Below are positions 34,331-45,166 of a stretch of DNA of 64,000 nucleotides, one piece after another (the stretch's first letter is position 1; each line of letters opens with the position of its first letter). The notes under the pieces were generated by a model that was given only the letters and a program-made list of their open reading frames with translations, was not told where the DNA came from and searched no databases. The DNA is from an uncultured Rivularia sp. (GTDB lineage Bacteria > Cyanobacteriota > Cyanobacteriia > Cyanobacteriales > Nostocaceae), in contig OY762007.1 of the NCBI GenBank assembly GCA_963665115.1, forward strand, positions 1,664,001 to 1,728,000, written 5' to 3'. Both the position numbers and the translations under genes were made by a program.

Positions 34331-34984
34331 ATGAATAAGTTAATTGCAGGTATCGCAGCATTAGGTTTATGTTTCGTTTCTCCAGGTATTGCGAATTCCC
34401 AGCAGATTACTAGATTTGAGCATCAAGACGATACATACTATCACCAAAACTTAAATTCAAAAGGTGTTGCACGCTATAAATATAAAATACCTGCGAATAC
34501 TTTTGGAGTTTTCACTCTCAAAAATCACAGCGGGAGGTCAGATTTTGATATTTCTGTGTATGATTCTAGCAATGGACAATTACTATCTGAAGCAGATGAA
34601 TTGGGAACACAAACAGAGTTAGTTATTACACCATTTTTTACCCAGAATAAAGATGTAATTATTAAAGTAGTCAACTATGGTTCCCAAACATCTCGATACA
34701 AACTTTATGCAAATCATGTAAATCCTGCGACTAAATTTTTGATTGCATTAGCTGGTTTTCCTTTCTGTAGTTCAGCACAAAATGTTGACGATAGAATATC
34801 TTCGAGAGCATTTACAACTATGTCCTCAATTATTCAAGGTAACAGTTTTGGAGGTGTAGCTAAAGATGTTTTAATTAATGAAGTAACTATGGAAATGAAG
34901 AAACAATTTGGTTACGGATGTACGGGTGAAGTTATGGTTAATTGGGGTGTTTCTATGTTTAAAGGTATTCTTCGGAATTATTAA
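34331..34984 (+). CDS. Secreted protein with a PPC-like beta-sandwich domain
   Basis: Signal-peptide-like MNKLIAGIAALGLCFVSPGIA; DFDISVYD motif. Confidence 0.6.
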   Translation: MNKLIAGIAALGLCFVSPGIANSQQITRFEHQDDTYYHQNLNSKGVARYKYKIPANTFGVFTLKNHSGRSDFDISVYDSSNGQLLSEADELGTQTELVITPFFTQNKDVIIKVVNYGSQTSRYKLYANHVNPATKFLIALAGFPFCSSAQNVDDRISSRAFTTMSSIIQGNSFGGVAKDVLINEVTMEMKKQFGYGCTGEVMVNWGVSMFKGILRNY

Positions 34985-35030
34985 TTATTTAAATTAATTA
35001 CAGATTGATTTTTATTCGATATTGATGTTA

Positions 35031-35064
35031 AAAGCTTACCAATTTAAACGGTAGGCTTTTTTTT
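35031..35064 (+). terminator. Intrinsic terminator
   Basis: AAAGCTTACC..GGTAGGCTTT followed by a T-run. Confidence 0.6.
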
Positions 35065-35156
35065 ATGAGAGCATCCTAAATATTTTAAAATATACAGTCA
35101 ACTCACTGCCACGTTTGTGCTTCCATATTTATACTTACTGCCATCAACTCCTTCCA

Positions 35157-35253
35157 CTAATACAGCTGCGCGGAATTCAAAAGTAAAAAGTCTTTTAGGA
35201 TAAGGATTTTAACTATTAGGAATGGTTGCCAAATTTCTGCCGTACTGTATTAG
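35157..35253. mobile_element. Small MITE-like element with 9 bp terminal inverted repeats
   Basis: CTAATACAG..CTGTATTAG; a related left end occurs at ~48096-48130. Confidence 0.55.
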
Positions 35254-35381
35254 GGATGCAACTTGTATTTTCTACACAACGTATTAATCAGGGTTTGAGA
35301 CAATTTTACTGCCATCAACTGCTTCCACCTTACTGTCATCTTCTCGGTAAAGTGACAATTTGTTTAGCTGTTCAGGGACTC

Positions 35382-38300
35382 GTTTCCAACTAATCCGAAT
35401 TAACCCAATCGGTGGGGAAGTAAATTCTTTCTTTAAGGCTGGATTAAAGGAGAGTTTCCAACTAATCCGAATTAACCCAATCGGTGGGGAGTTCTCCAAT
35501 AACATCTAACTGCACTGTATAGTACAGTTTCCAACTAATCCGAATTAACCCAATCGGTGGGGCATACCCAATTAACGGGAATATATTGCCTGAATAAAGT
35601 TTCCAACTAATCCGAATTAACCCAATCGGTGGGGAAACTGTCGCAAGAAATGCTGCTTTTGCTCTTATTGAAAAGTTTCCAACTAATCCGAATTAACCCA
35701 ATCGGTGGGGTTTTGATGGAGACATTGAAATCACTGAAGGATACGAGTGTTTCCAACTAATCCGAATTAACCCAATCGGTGGGGTGGCTAAGTTCAATTC
35801 TATTCGCAGCATCTTTTGTTTCCAACTAATCCGAATTAACCCAATCGGTGGGGTTTTAACATCTAACTAAAAAACAAATTTGCTCGGTTTCCAACTAATC
35901 CGAATTAACCCAATCGGTGGGGAACTTTTTTAACGACAAGAACAACGCTGTTAAGGTTTCCAACTAATCCGAATTAACCCAATCGGTGGGGTATCCCTGC
36001 AAATTTTGTGGGGTGACTACGGACAAAAGTTTCCAACTAATCCGAATTAACCCAATCGGTGGGGTCGTTTCTTAAAGAACGAAAATAATCAAAAGAGAAT
36101 AGTTTCCAACTAATCCGAATTAACCCAATCGGTGGGGATTTCTTAAAAAGAAATCACATACACGCCAATTTATGTTTCCAACTAATCCGAATTAACCCAA
36201 TCGGTGGGGAAGAGAATCATTGAAAAGTTTGAAAATAACGAAAGTTTCCAACTAATCCGAATTAACCCAATCGGTGGGGGAGAATTAATTCTTCCAGCGA
36301 CAGAAATGGAAATGGATCGTTTCCAACTAATCCGAATTAACCCAATCGGTGGGGTAAGAGACAAGAAAGATATAGCGGAAGAAATTAATAAAGTTTCCAA
36401 CTAATCCGAATTAACCCAATCGGTGGGGTGTTCCCAGCAGTTTCAAACCCTAGTCTCTCGTAAAAAGTTTCCAACTAATCCGAATTAACCCAATCGGTGG
36501 GGTAATTTCAATTTTTCTGAGAAGTTAGAATCTGTTAGTTCGTTTCCAACTAATCCGAATTAACCCAATCGGTGGGGGTCGTTCTTCTGTAGGAAGAGGT
36601 ATTCCAGAATATAAAGTTTCCAACTAATCCGAATTAACCCAATCGGTGGGGTCTTTTCAGAAGCCAATAGATGTGATGGAATTCGTAATGTTTCCAACTA
36701 ATCCGAATTAACCCAATCGGTGGGGTGGTGTTCACCGTATGTTTTTAGTAAATAAAGCTAATGTTTCCAACTAATCCGAATTAACCCAATCGGTGGGGTT
36801 TGTTAGAAAAAAGCAGCCACGTGGTTGCTTTAGAGTTTCCAACTAATCCGAATTAACCCAATCGGTGGGGAAATATAATAGCGGTAAAACAGTTCCGAAT
36901 TCTAATGTTTCCAACTAATCCGAATTAACCCAATCGGTGGGGAATATGGTGAAATTTCTTTTACAGAAATTAAAGATAGTTTCCAACTAATCCGAATTAA
37001 CCCAATCGGTGGGGAAAGACAAAAGAGGAAGTCTTAGACTTTCCACCTAACGGTTTCCAACTAATCCGAATTAACCCAATCGGTGGGGGGCTGTTTGAAA
37101 AACAGCATAAGTCGAGGTCAGTTAGAGTTTCCAACTAATCCGAATTAACCCAATCGGTGGGGGGAGTCAGCCACTGAGGCGACTCCGGCAACTATAACGT
37201 TTCCAACTAATCCGAATTAACCCAATCGGTGGGGGCAGCCAGAATCAAAAAGGCAGCAAGTCCGGAGGATAGTTTCCAACTAATCCGAATTAACCCAATC
37301 GGTGGGGTTTTTTTGTTTATCAGTTGCATAGTCTGTATTCATCAGTTTCCAACTAATCCGAATTAACCCAATCGGTGGGGTACAACATTTTGGCAGTATT
37401 TACTACTGCGGCTTTTAGTTTCCAACTAATCCGAATTAACCCAATCGGTGGGGCGAAAGGATAACACGAGTAATATTGTATTATAGGGAAAGTTTCCAAC
37501 TAATCCGAATTAACCCAATCGGTGGGGTAACATTTTCGCTTTTTCCTAACTAGCTAACTTGTTTCCAACTAATCCGAATTAACCCAATCGGTGGGGATCT
37601 GGCGCTCCTGCAAGGACAGGATTAGTCAACATGTTTCCAACTAATCCGAATTAACCCAATCGGTGGGGGCTTTGGTTTTTGCGTCTTTGTTTCTTTCTAT
37701 TTTCGTTTCCAACTAATCCGAATTAACCCAATCGGTGGGGCAGTCAAAATGCGAATTGGAATGCGAACTGGAAAGTTTCCAACTAATCCGAATTAACCCA
37801 ATCGGTGGGAAAAAAATTTGCTAAGTGAATAACGAAAAAAACGAAAACAGTTTCCAACTAATCCGAATTAACCCAATCGGTGGGGGATTGTTTGTTTCAA
37901 TTTTACGAAGGCAAGTACAAGTAAGTTTCCAACTAATCCGAATTAACCCAATCGGTGGGGCACTTATCTTTAAGGATTTGCTAAAATGTCTAACGTTTCC
38001 AACTAATCCGAATTAACCCAATCGGTGGGGAAAAATTTGACGAAGCATTAGAATTAGCAAGAAAGTTTCCAACTAATCCGAATTAACCCAATCGGTGGGG
38101 AAAAAGATTCTGAAAAAGAGGCTCTTGCCTCTTTGAAGTTTCCAACTAATCCGAATTAACCCAATCGGTGGGGCTCACATTTTTCTGTCTTCATTTGATT
38201 AGCTAACGTTTCCAACTAATCCGAATTAACCCAATCGGTGGGGCGGTTTGTATTGATGGAAATTGTGCAGGATTTTAAAGTTTCCAACTAATCCGAATTA

Positions 38301-41300
38301 ACCCAATCGGTGGGGCAGAAGGGGAAAACATTTTCTTCTCTGAAAAAGAGAAAAAGTTTCCAACTAATCCGAATTAACCCAATCGGTGGGGGATCAAAAA
38401 GATTCTGAAAAAGAGGCTCTTGCCTCTTTGAGTTTCCAACTAATCCGAATTAACCCAATCGGTGGGGTTTTTCAATATATTTGTTAAATGCTGGCGGATA
38501 TTTAGGTTTCCAACTAATCCGAATTAACCCAATCGGTGGGGAATTCGTGGAATTGAAGTTTTAAAAAGCTACCGTTTCGTTTCCAACTAATCCGAATTAA
38601 CCCAATCGGTGGGGGTTCCCCGTTGTATTTACAGGAGGATTCACCAAGTTTCCAACTAATCCGAATTAACCCAATCGGTGGGGACAGTATTGAAAAAATC
38701 TCTAAGTCAGATATAAAAGTTTCCAACTAATCCGAATTAACCCAATCGGTGGGGGATAAATGTTTTCAAGATAGGAGGGTATTTCCAACGTTTCCAACTA
38801 ATCCGAATTAACCCAATCGGTGGGGCTGAAGAAAAAAAAGAAGAATGCGAACCTAAGGCACAGTTTCCAACTAATCCGAATTAACCCAATCGGTGGGGCA
38901 ATATTCAAAACATGGGTTTTGGTATTGGACAAAGAAAAAGTTTCCAACTAATCCGAATTAACCCAATCGGTGGGGAAACTGAAGAAGAAGTTGAAACTGA
39001 AGCTGAAGAAGAGTTTCCAACTAATCCGAATTAACCCAATCGGTGGGGCAAGGGGTCGTGATGTTGGCGTGCCTCACACACCTCAAGTTTCCAACTAATC
39101 CGAATTAACCCAATCGGTGGGGATTTCATCTATTTGCTTACTTAAAAGCAATGCATAGTTTCCAACTAATCCGAATTAACCCAATCGGTGGGGATTGGGC
39201 ATGAGAGATAACTGAGAGAACCACCAAGGTTTCCAACTAATCCGAATTAACCCAATCGGTGGGGAAACTTTATCTTTATTTTGGGGAATTCTGCTTTAAA
39301 GTTTCCAACTAATCCGAATTAACCCAATCGGTGGGGTGCAAAACCAGGTCAGCGAGGCTATGAACCTCCCAGTTTCCAACTAATCCGAATTAACCCAATC
39401 GGTGGGGAAAACTAAAAGGGAAGCATATAGTTGGCAGTAAAGTTTCCAACTAATCCGAATTAACCCAATCGGTGGGGAATACGACAATCGTAGGTTTGCA
39501 AACTATGCAGTTTCCAACTAATCCGAATTAACCCAATCGGTGGGGGTGAATTAGAAGCAATGGCTTCCGGTTCATCTGATTTGGTTTCCAACTAATCCGA
39601 ATTAACCCAATCGGTGGGGTCTAATAGTGGAAATGTAAGCATTAGCGGCAATAATAGTTTCCAACTAATCCGAATTAACCCAATCGGTGGGGTAGTGGAA
39701 ACGGAATGAATGTAACGCAAATTAACGTTTCCAACTAATCCGAATTAACCCAATCGGTGGGGCGACGGCTATAGCAGTAAAGTTTCATGGGGTACTTGTG
39801 TTTCCAACTAATCCGAATTAACCCAATCGGTGGGGAAGCACTGAGAACCAGTTCAAAAAGTTTGATACTAATGTTTCCAACTAATCCGAATTAACCCAAT
39901 CGGTGGGGTCCAACAAGATTACATTAATTAACCATGTAACAAAAGTTTCCAACTAATCCGAATTAACCCAATCGGTGGGGTAGATGAAAATAATCTAGCA
40001 CATCTTGCTATAATAATGTTTCCAACTAATCCGAATTAACCCAATCGGTGGGGATGGCACCTTAAGCCTGGTAAATCTGAATATTGGGTGTTTCCAACTA
40101 ATCCGAATTAACCCAATCGGTGGGGTGTTGAACTGGGGAGGTGTGTTGCTGCCAGTAAGGTTTCCAACTAATCCGAATTAACCCAATCGGTGGGGTAGAG
40201 ACGATGTAGTTTATTTTTTAAAGGATTGTTTCCAACTAATCCGAATTAACCCAATCGGTGGGGTTTCCTTTTGGGTAGGTTCTGAAAAGATAACATTCCA
40301 GGTTTCCAACTAATCCGAATTAACCCAATCGGTGGGGATGGGTAAATTAGGACATAGGGAAACCTGTGTTCAAGGTTTCCAACTAATCCGAATTAACCCA
40401 ATCGGTGGGGTGTAAGTAACATTAACTCCTATTAGTTTATTAATGTTTCCAACTAATCCGAATTAACCCAATCGGTGGGGACATGGTTAAAGAAGCTGAC
40501 GGTCGCTGCATGAACGTTTCCAACTAATCCGAATTAACCCAATCGGTGGGGTTGCTCATCATTACGTGAAAAAGTAACGGTGTGATAAGGTTTCCAACTA
40601 ATCCGAATTAACCCAATCGGTGGGGAAAGAGCAAGAGTTACAAGTCATGGTTTATAAGATAAAGTTTCCAACTAATCCGAATTAACCCAATCGGTGGGGG
40701 ATTGAAAGATATAAAGCAAAAAATTGAGTTAGTTGAAAGTTTCCAACTAATCCGAATTAACCCAATCGGTGGGGAAACGGAGCGAAAGTTCCAAAAGTCT
40801 TAGTTACTGGAGTTTCCAACTAATCCGAATTAACCCAATCGGTGGGGGTTCAAAACAGAATTGCGCTTTTTTCTTTGTTTTCGTTTCCAACTAATCCGAA
40901 TTAACCCAATCGGTGGGGAAACAAATTTATCTGAGAGCTACAAACGCATTTGTTTCCAACTAATCCGAATTAACCCAATCGGTGGGGTGGTTTAATTAGT
41001 CTAGCAGTAGCATCCGCACGTAATAGTGTTTCCAACTAATCCGAATTAACCCAATCGGTGGGGAAACAGCCCAAGAGACCTGAAAGACGACCAATAAACG
41101 TTTCCAACTAATCCGAATTAACCCAATCGGTGGGGTTGATGAAAATAAGATGTATAACTGCCAACGGAGTAGTTTCCAACTAATCCGAATTAACCCAATC
41201 GGTGGGGTTTTTATTGCTTCTTTCGTAATTTTCAATCATCAGTTCCGTTTCCAACTAATCCGAATTAACCCAATCGGTGGGGTTATTTTACAGAAAGACG

Positions 41301-41858
41301 GAGTAATCATAATGATTAGTTTCCAACTAATCCGAATTAACCCAATCGGTGGGGGAGAAAACTCTATAATGCTTGCAAAAGCATAATAGGTTTCCAACTA
41401 ATCCGAATTAACCCAATCGGTGGGGAGAGATTATATTTTCAATGGAAAGAAGGTTGGAGAGTTTCCAACTAATCCGAATTAACCCAATCGGTGGGGTTTT
41501 TTATAATAATAAAAACAACTATGGTTGATAAGTTTCCAACTAATCCGAATTAACCCAATCGGTGGGGGGTTCACGCTTCTTCTGCTCGTGCAGAAGAGGG
41601 AAAGTTTCCAACTAATCCGAATTAACCCAATCGGTGGGGCGTCTCTACGCAAATTGGTGTGTAAAATTCTTTAAGTTTCCAACTAATCCGAATTAACCCA
41701 ATCGGTGGGGGTCGCTTCTGTTTTGACTATTGCTCAGGTGAATATTGAAGTTTCCAACTAATCCGAATTAACCCAATCGGTGGGGTGCTAAGTTTTTCTA
41801 TGAAAGCTTAGAAAGCATTAAAGTTTCCAACTAATCCGAATTAACCCAATCGGTGGGG
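35382..41858 (-). CRISPR. CRISPR array, 90 repeats / 89 spacers by manual count; 36 nt repeat CCCCACCGATTGGGTTAATTCGGATTAGTTGGAAAC
   Basis: Near-identical repeats with ~32-41 nt spacers. The GAAAC 3' end and the leader next to cas2 give minus-strand orientation. Confidence 0.99.
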
Positions 41859-42077
41859 AGTTCGTTCAGCAGCCCCTACCCAGTAAGAGTTTCAGCCGCC
41901 AAATCGACACACTCCTGAAAAACAGTATGTATCTCGCGCAAAACTGAACAAAACACAAGCCTCAAACCCTTGCCCTGCAAGCCATCGACACACTCCAACG
42001 AAAGAATAGGCATTTGAGCGATTTGGCGGAGTGTGTCGATTTTCATGTTACCTTTTTCTCCGTAGTGGGGCTAAAAC
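41859..42077 (-). promoter_or_regulatory. CRISPR leader with three ATCGACACACTCC motifs
   Basis: Motif at 41903-41915, 41984-41996 and inverted at 42028-42040. Confidence 0.75.
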
Positions 42078-42353
42078 CTATATGACATAATAGTTTGGTG
42101 GCTCTTGAGGATGTTCGCTACCAATAGTTAACACTCTGGAAACAGCATCTTCAGAAATCCAATAAAATCGCACGTTATCCTCAGATGGCTTGACAATTTT
42201 TTTCGATTTCTCAAAAAGTTGTCGCATTTCATCTAAATTTAAAAAGCATTCAAATACAGAAAATTGTACTCTTTGCCCGTAACCCTCTAAAAAGTTAGAT
42301 AATTTAGTGCGTCTTTTATCATTAGGAATATCATATACAACAACCACTAACAT
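42078..42353 (-). CDS. cas2: Cas2
   Basis: VVVYDIPNDKRR..L..YG.RVQFSVFEC..D.VRFY. Confidence 0.97.
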   Translation of the reverse strand: MLVVVVYDIPNDKRRTKLSNFLEGYGQRVQFSVFECFLNLDEMRQLFEKSKKIVKPSEDNVRFYWISEDAVSRVLTIGSEHPQEPPNYYVI

Positions 42354-42400
42354 CTTCAATACTAAGAATTAATTTGTTACTTAAGTATAAGATGCTTTAC

Positions 42401-42449
42401 AAGTAATAAGTAAGAAGTAAAAAGTAAAAAGTAAGAAGTAAAAAGTAAT
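42401..42449 (+). repeat. Heptamer tandem array (AAGTAAN)x7
   Basis: Read directly; inverted relative to 42892-43036. Confidence 0.9.
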
Positions 42450-42456
42450 AAATTGG

Positions 42457-42828
42457 TTATTTTTGTTTAAGTTTATTAATCGAAGATACTAATACCTTAA
42501 TAATTTCTTCATTTTCTTGTATCATATTGTTGAATTTGGATTTCAGCACTAATTCTGATTTAATCATTATTTTTATCCAATAAAGAGTCTCATTAGCTTC
42601 TTTCAAGGCTATAGAATACTTGTTGATAAAATCTGCGTTTGATTGAGCATACTTAGCTTCCGAACAGTTTGCTCCTATTGATGTTCCACTTCTTAAAAAT
42701 TGCTTAGATAATACCTTACCCGCATCGTCAAAAGGTCTTTTATTTAGTTCGCAATAAGCTTTGATAACTCTGATAGCAAAATTTTCTGTTCTTTCTTGAA
42801 TACTAATATTACCCTTATGATTAACCAT
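42457..42828 (-). CDS. Four helix bundle protein (23S rRNA IVP / Avd-like family)
   Basis: QFLRSGTSIGAN..EA..AQS..DF..K..IALKEA.ET.YW signature. Confidence 0.92.
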   Translation of the reverse strand: MVNHKGNISIQERTENFAIRVIKAYCELNKRPFDDAGKVLSKQFLRSGTSIGANCSEAKYAQSNADFINKYSIALKEANETLYWIKIMIKSELVLKSKFNNMIQENEEIIKVLVSSINKLKQK

Positions 42829-42891
42829 GAATCAAAAATAATGCGACAACTTGTTATTAATCGAAAAACAATAAATAACGTATCAAGTATA

Positions 42892-43036
42892 ACTTCTTAC
42901 TTCTTACTTCTTACTTCTTACTCATTACTTCTTACTTCTTACTTCTTACTTCTTACTTCTTACTTCTTACTCATTACTTCTTACTTCTTACTTCTTACTT
43001 CTTACTCATTACTTCTTACTTCTTACTTCTTACTTC
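42892..43036 (+). repeat. Heptamer tandem array (ACTTCTT)x~20
   Basis: Read directly; begins at the cas1 stop codon. Confidence 0.92.
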
Positions 43037-44159
43037 AGTCTGCTCTTAGGTAAGATTCATAGATAATATCAGATAATAAACAGCGCTTATATCTCCTAAC
43101 TTGTAATTGAATTGCATGTCGATATGTTACTTGAGAAATTAAATCTGGATGAGAAATTTCTTCATTCATGCGATTTTCAAACTGTTTCAGAAAAACTCTT
43201 CTAGCAGTTTGACTTAAATAAACTCCTCCTGTGGTTGCGACGACATCAAAGTCTTTCGGTTTAAATTCACTATTATTAATTACTTTTAAAACCAAACTAT
43301 CAACAATAGGAGAACGAAATTCTTCCATTAAATCAAAAGCTAAATATGTTTTTTGCTTATCACCATAATGAAAATGACCGATATATGGTGAAAGTCCTTC
43401 GGTAATAATAAAGCTGAGTACATTATTAAATAAAAGTGTATAGCCAAAACTCAATAATGAATTTATCTCATCGGTGGGAGGCTGCCGAAATCTCTGAGAA
43501 AAACTAAATTTAGGATTAGTAATTAAATTCCCAAAGGCTGGAAAATATCTAGCAGCAGCAATTCCTTCATAACCGCGCAAAGTATCTAAGTTATCAACAT
43601 AATTCAAAGCATCAATATCTTGATTAATTCCATAGATAGCTTCTTCTACTTTTCCTATTTTGCGTCTGCGATTAAATCGCATCAATAATTGTTTGGAATT
43701 CAATAATTTACCTAAAACAACCGCTCTTGATACGCTAAATCGAAATAAATCATCATTACGTCTTTCTACTTGAACTAATTGATTATCCAGATGAATAGAT
43801 TTTTCGCTCCATAAGTGACCATGATATGTACCAGTTTGACTGAGAAATACCACGGGAATTTGTTCTTTTAAACAAGCTTGAATTACTGGAGTTGATAATT
43901 GAATATTACCGAATACTATAATTTGCTCTACTTCCCGAATCGGAACTTCAAGCTTCGGTTTTTCTGAGACATGAATAATAAACCGCTGATAATCTTTATA
44001 GATATTTGTTCCTTGTTCAATTAAGTATATAGCCGCCATTTCTTGATTCCAAATATTTTTTTGAAAAGGACTATCATCCTCTGCTGTTTGTGGAGGTTTT
44101 TCCGTGATTGTTTCGGCAAAATATGGTTTGTGTAGATAACGTATATTTTCATAACCCAA
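43035..44159 (-). CDS. cas1: Cas1 (frame open back to the A9 tract at 44243)
   Basis: IYLIEQG, LRGYEGIAAARYF, INSLLSFGY, G.FH, DLMEEFR. Confidence 0.97.
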   Translation of the reverse strand: MGYENIRYLHKPYFAETITEKPPQTAEDDSPFQKNIWNQEMAAIYLIEQGTNIYKDYQRFIIHVSEKPKLEVPIREVEQIIVFGNIQLSTPVIQACLKEQIPVVFLSQTGTYHGHLWSEKSIHLDNQLVQVERRNDDLFRFSVSRAVVLGKLLNSKQLLMRFNRRRKIGKVEEAIYGINQDIDALNYVDNLDTLRGYEGIAAARYFPAFGNLITNPKFSFSQRFRQPPTDEINSLLSFGYTLLFNNVLSFIITEGLSPYIGHFHYGDKQKTYLAFDLMEEFRSPIVDSLVLKVINNSEFKPKDFDVVATTGGVYLSQTARRVFLKQFENRMNEEISHPDLISQVTYRHAIQLQVRRYKRCLLSDIIYESYLRAD

Positions 44160-44203
44160 ACCAGCAAAACCGTTAGTTATTGAATTAGAAGCTTCAGCTA
44201 ATT

Positions 44204-45166
44204 CTAAACTGCTTTCTTCTTTCGATATTGGTTGCGATAGACTTTTTTTTTACTAGTTTTTCTAGTTCTCGTTTTCTCGCGATTGTTTTCAATAGCTGAC
44301 CTTAATTTAGCTTTATTTGTATCTACAGGGAAAATTGCATCTTCTAAAAAACCATGACCTAAAAAACGAAAACCGCGTTCAAAGCTAGTAATTTGGGTTT
44401 TCTCGGTATTTATTTCTAACCCCATCGAATCCAATAAATCAATCACTTGCGATTTTGCGATCGCGATTCGTTCTTGACTAGTTGATAAAACCAAAAAATC
44501 ATCAGCATAACGCACGATTTCTAAATCACTAGCGCTAATAATTCCATCAAATTCATGGAGATAAATATTTGCCAAAATTGGAGAAATAACCGCACCTTGA
44601 GGAATACCTTTTTGAGGTAAGATTAGCCCTTCTCTAGTTTCCACACCAACCGAAATCCAAGCTTTAATTAAACATAAAATACCTGGGTGGTCAATATGTA
44701 ACCTTACCTGTTGTAACAAGCGATGATGGTCAATATTATCAAAAAACTTGACGATATCAGCATCCAAAACCCAGACATAACCCATGTCTCGCCAATCGGC
44801 TATTTTCTCTACCGCATTGATATAAGATAAATTAGGACGATAAGCAAAACTTACAGGTGAAAATTTCTCTTCCATTAACGGACTAATTACATTTAATAGA
44901 GCTTGCTGAACAATTCTGTCTCGAATAGTAGGAATTTTTAACTCTCTTTGGGAGCCATTTCTTTTGGGAATAATTACCTGCTTGCAAGGAGAAGGTTGAT
45001 AGCTACCATCAGCAACAGAATTCATTAACTGATAAATGTTAACCGTTTGATTGCTAGCAAAACTACTAATAGTTTCACCATCAACACCCGCACAACCGCG
45101 TTTATCAGCAACCTTTTCCCAAGCACGCTGAAAATTATTAATATCGATAAATAGACTGGAAATCAT
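44204..45166 (-). CDS. CRISPR-associated reverse transcriptase (group II intron-like)
   Basis: IPK..G..R.L.IP.IRDRIVQ, DADIVKFFD, GIPQGAVISP, RYADD, FLG; directly upstream of cas1. Confidence 0.95.
   Translation of the reverse strand: MISSLFIDINNFQRAWEKVADKRGCAGVDGETISSFASNQTVNIYQLMNSVADGSYQPSPCKQVIIPKRNGSQRELKIPTIRDRIVQQALLNVISPLMEEKFSPVSFAYRPNLSYINAVEKIADWRDMGYVWVLDADIVKFFDNIDHHRLLQQVRLHIDHPGILCLIKAWISVGVETREGLILPQKGIPQGAVISPILANIYLHEFDGIISASDLEIVRYADDFLVLSTSQERIAIAKSQVIDLLDSMGLEINTEKTQITSFERGFRFLGHGFLEDAIFPVDTNKAKLRSAIENNREKTRTRKTSKKKVYRNQYRKKKAV

Noticed and set aside
35100..35340. Short direct repeats TTACTGCCATCAACT.CTTCCAC as extra CRISPR repeats
   Set aside because: Unrelated to the array repeat and irregularly spaced; more likely a decayed repetitive coding fragment interrupted by a MITE.
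35284..41386. ORFs inside the array with repeated PPIGLIRISWK or FQLIRINPIGG
   Set aside because: These are translations of the CRISPR repeat, not genes.
35382..41858. Self-targeting spacers against this window
   Set aside because: None found by eye; an alignment is needed to exclude them.
42796..43053. 85 aa ORF with LLTSYF repeats (also 31946..32288)
   Set aside because: Read-through of heptamer arrays, antisense to real genes.
42457..45166. Diversity-generating retroelement (RT plus Avd-like gene)
   Set aside because: No TR/VR pair seen. The 490 bp duplication differs at all base types, not just adenines, and the RT is YADD-type and linked to cas1.
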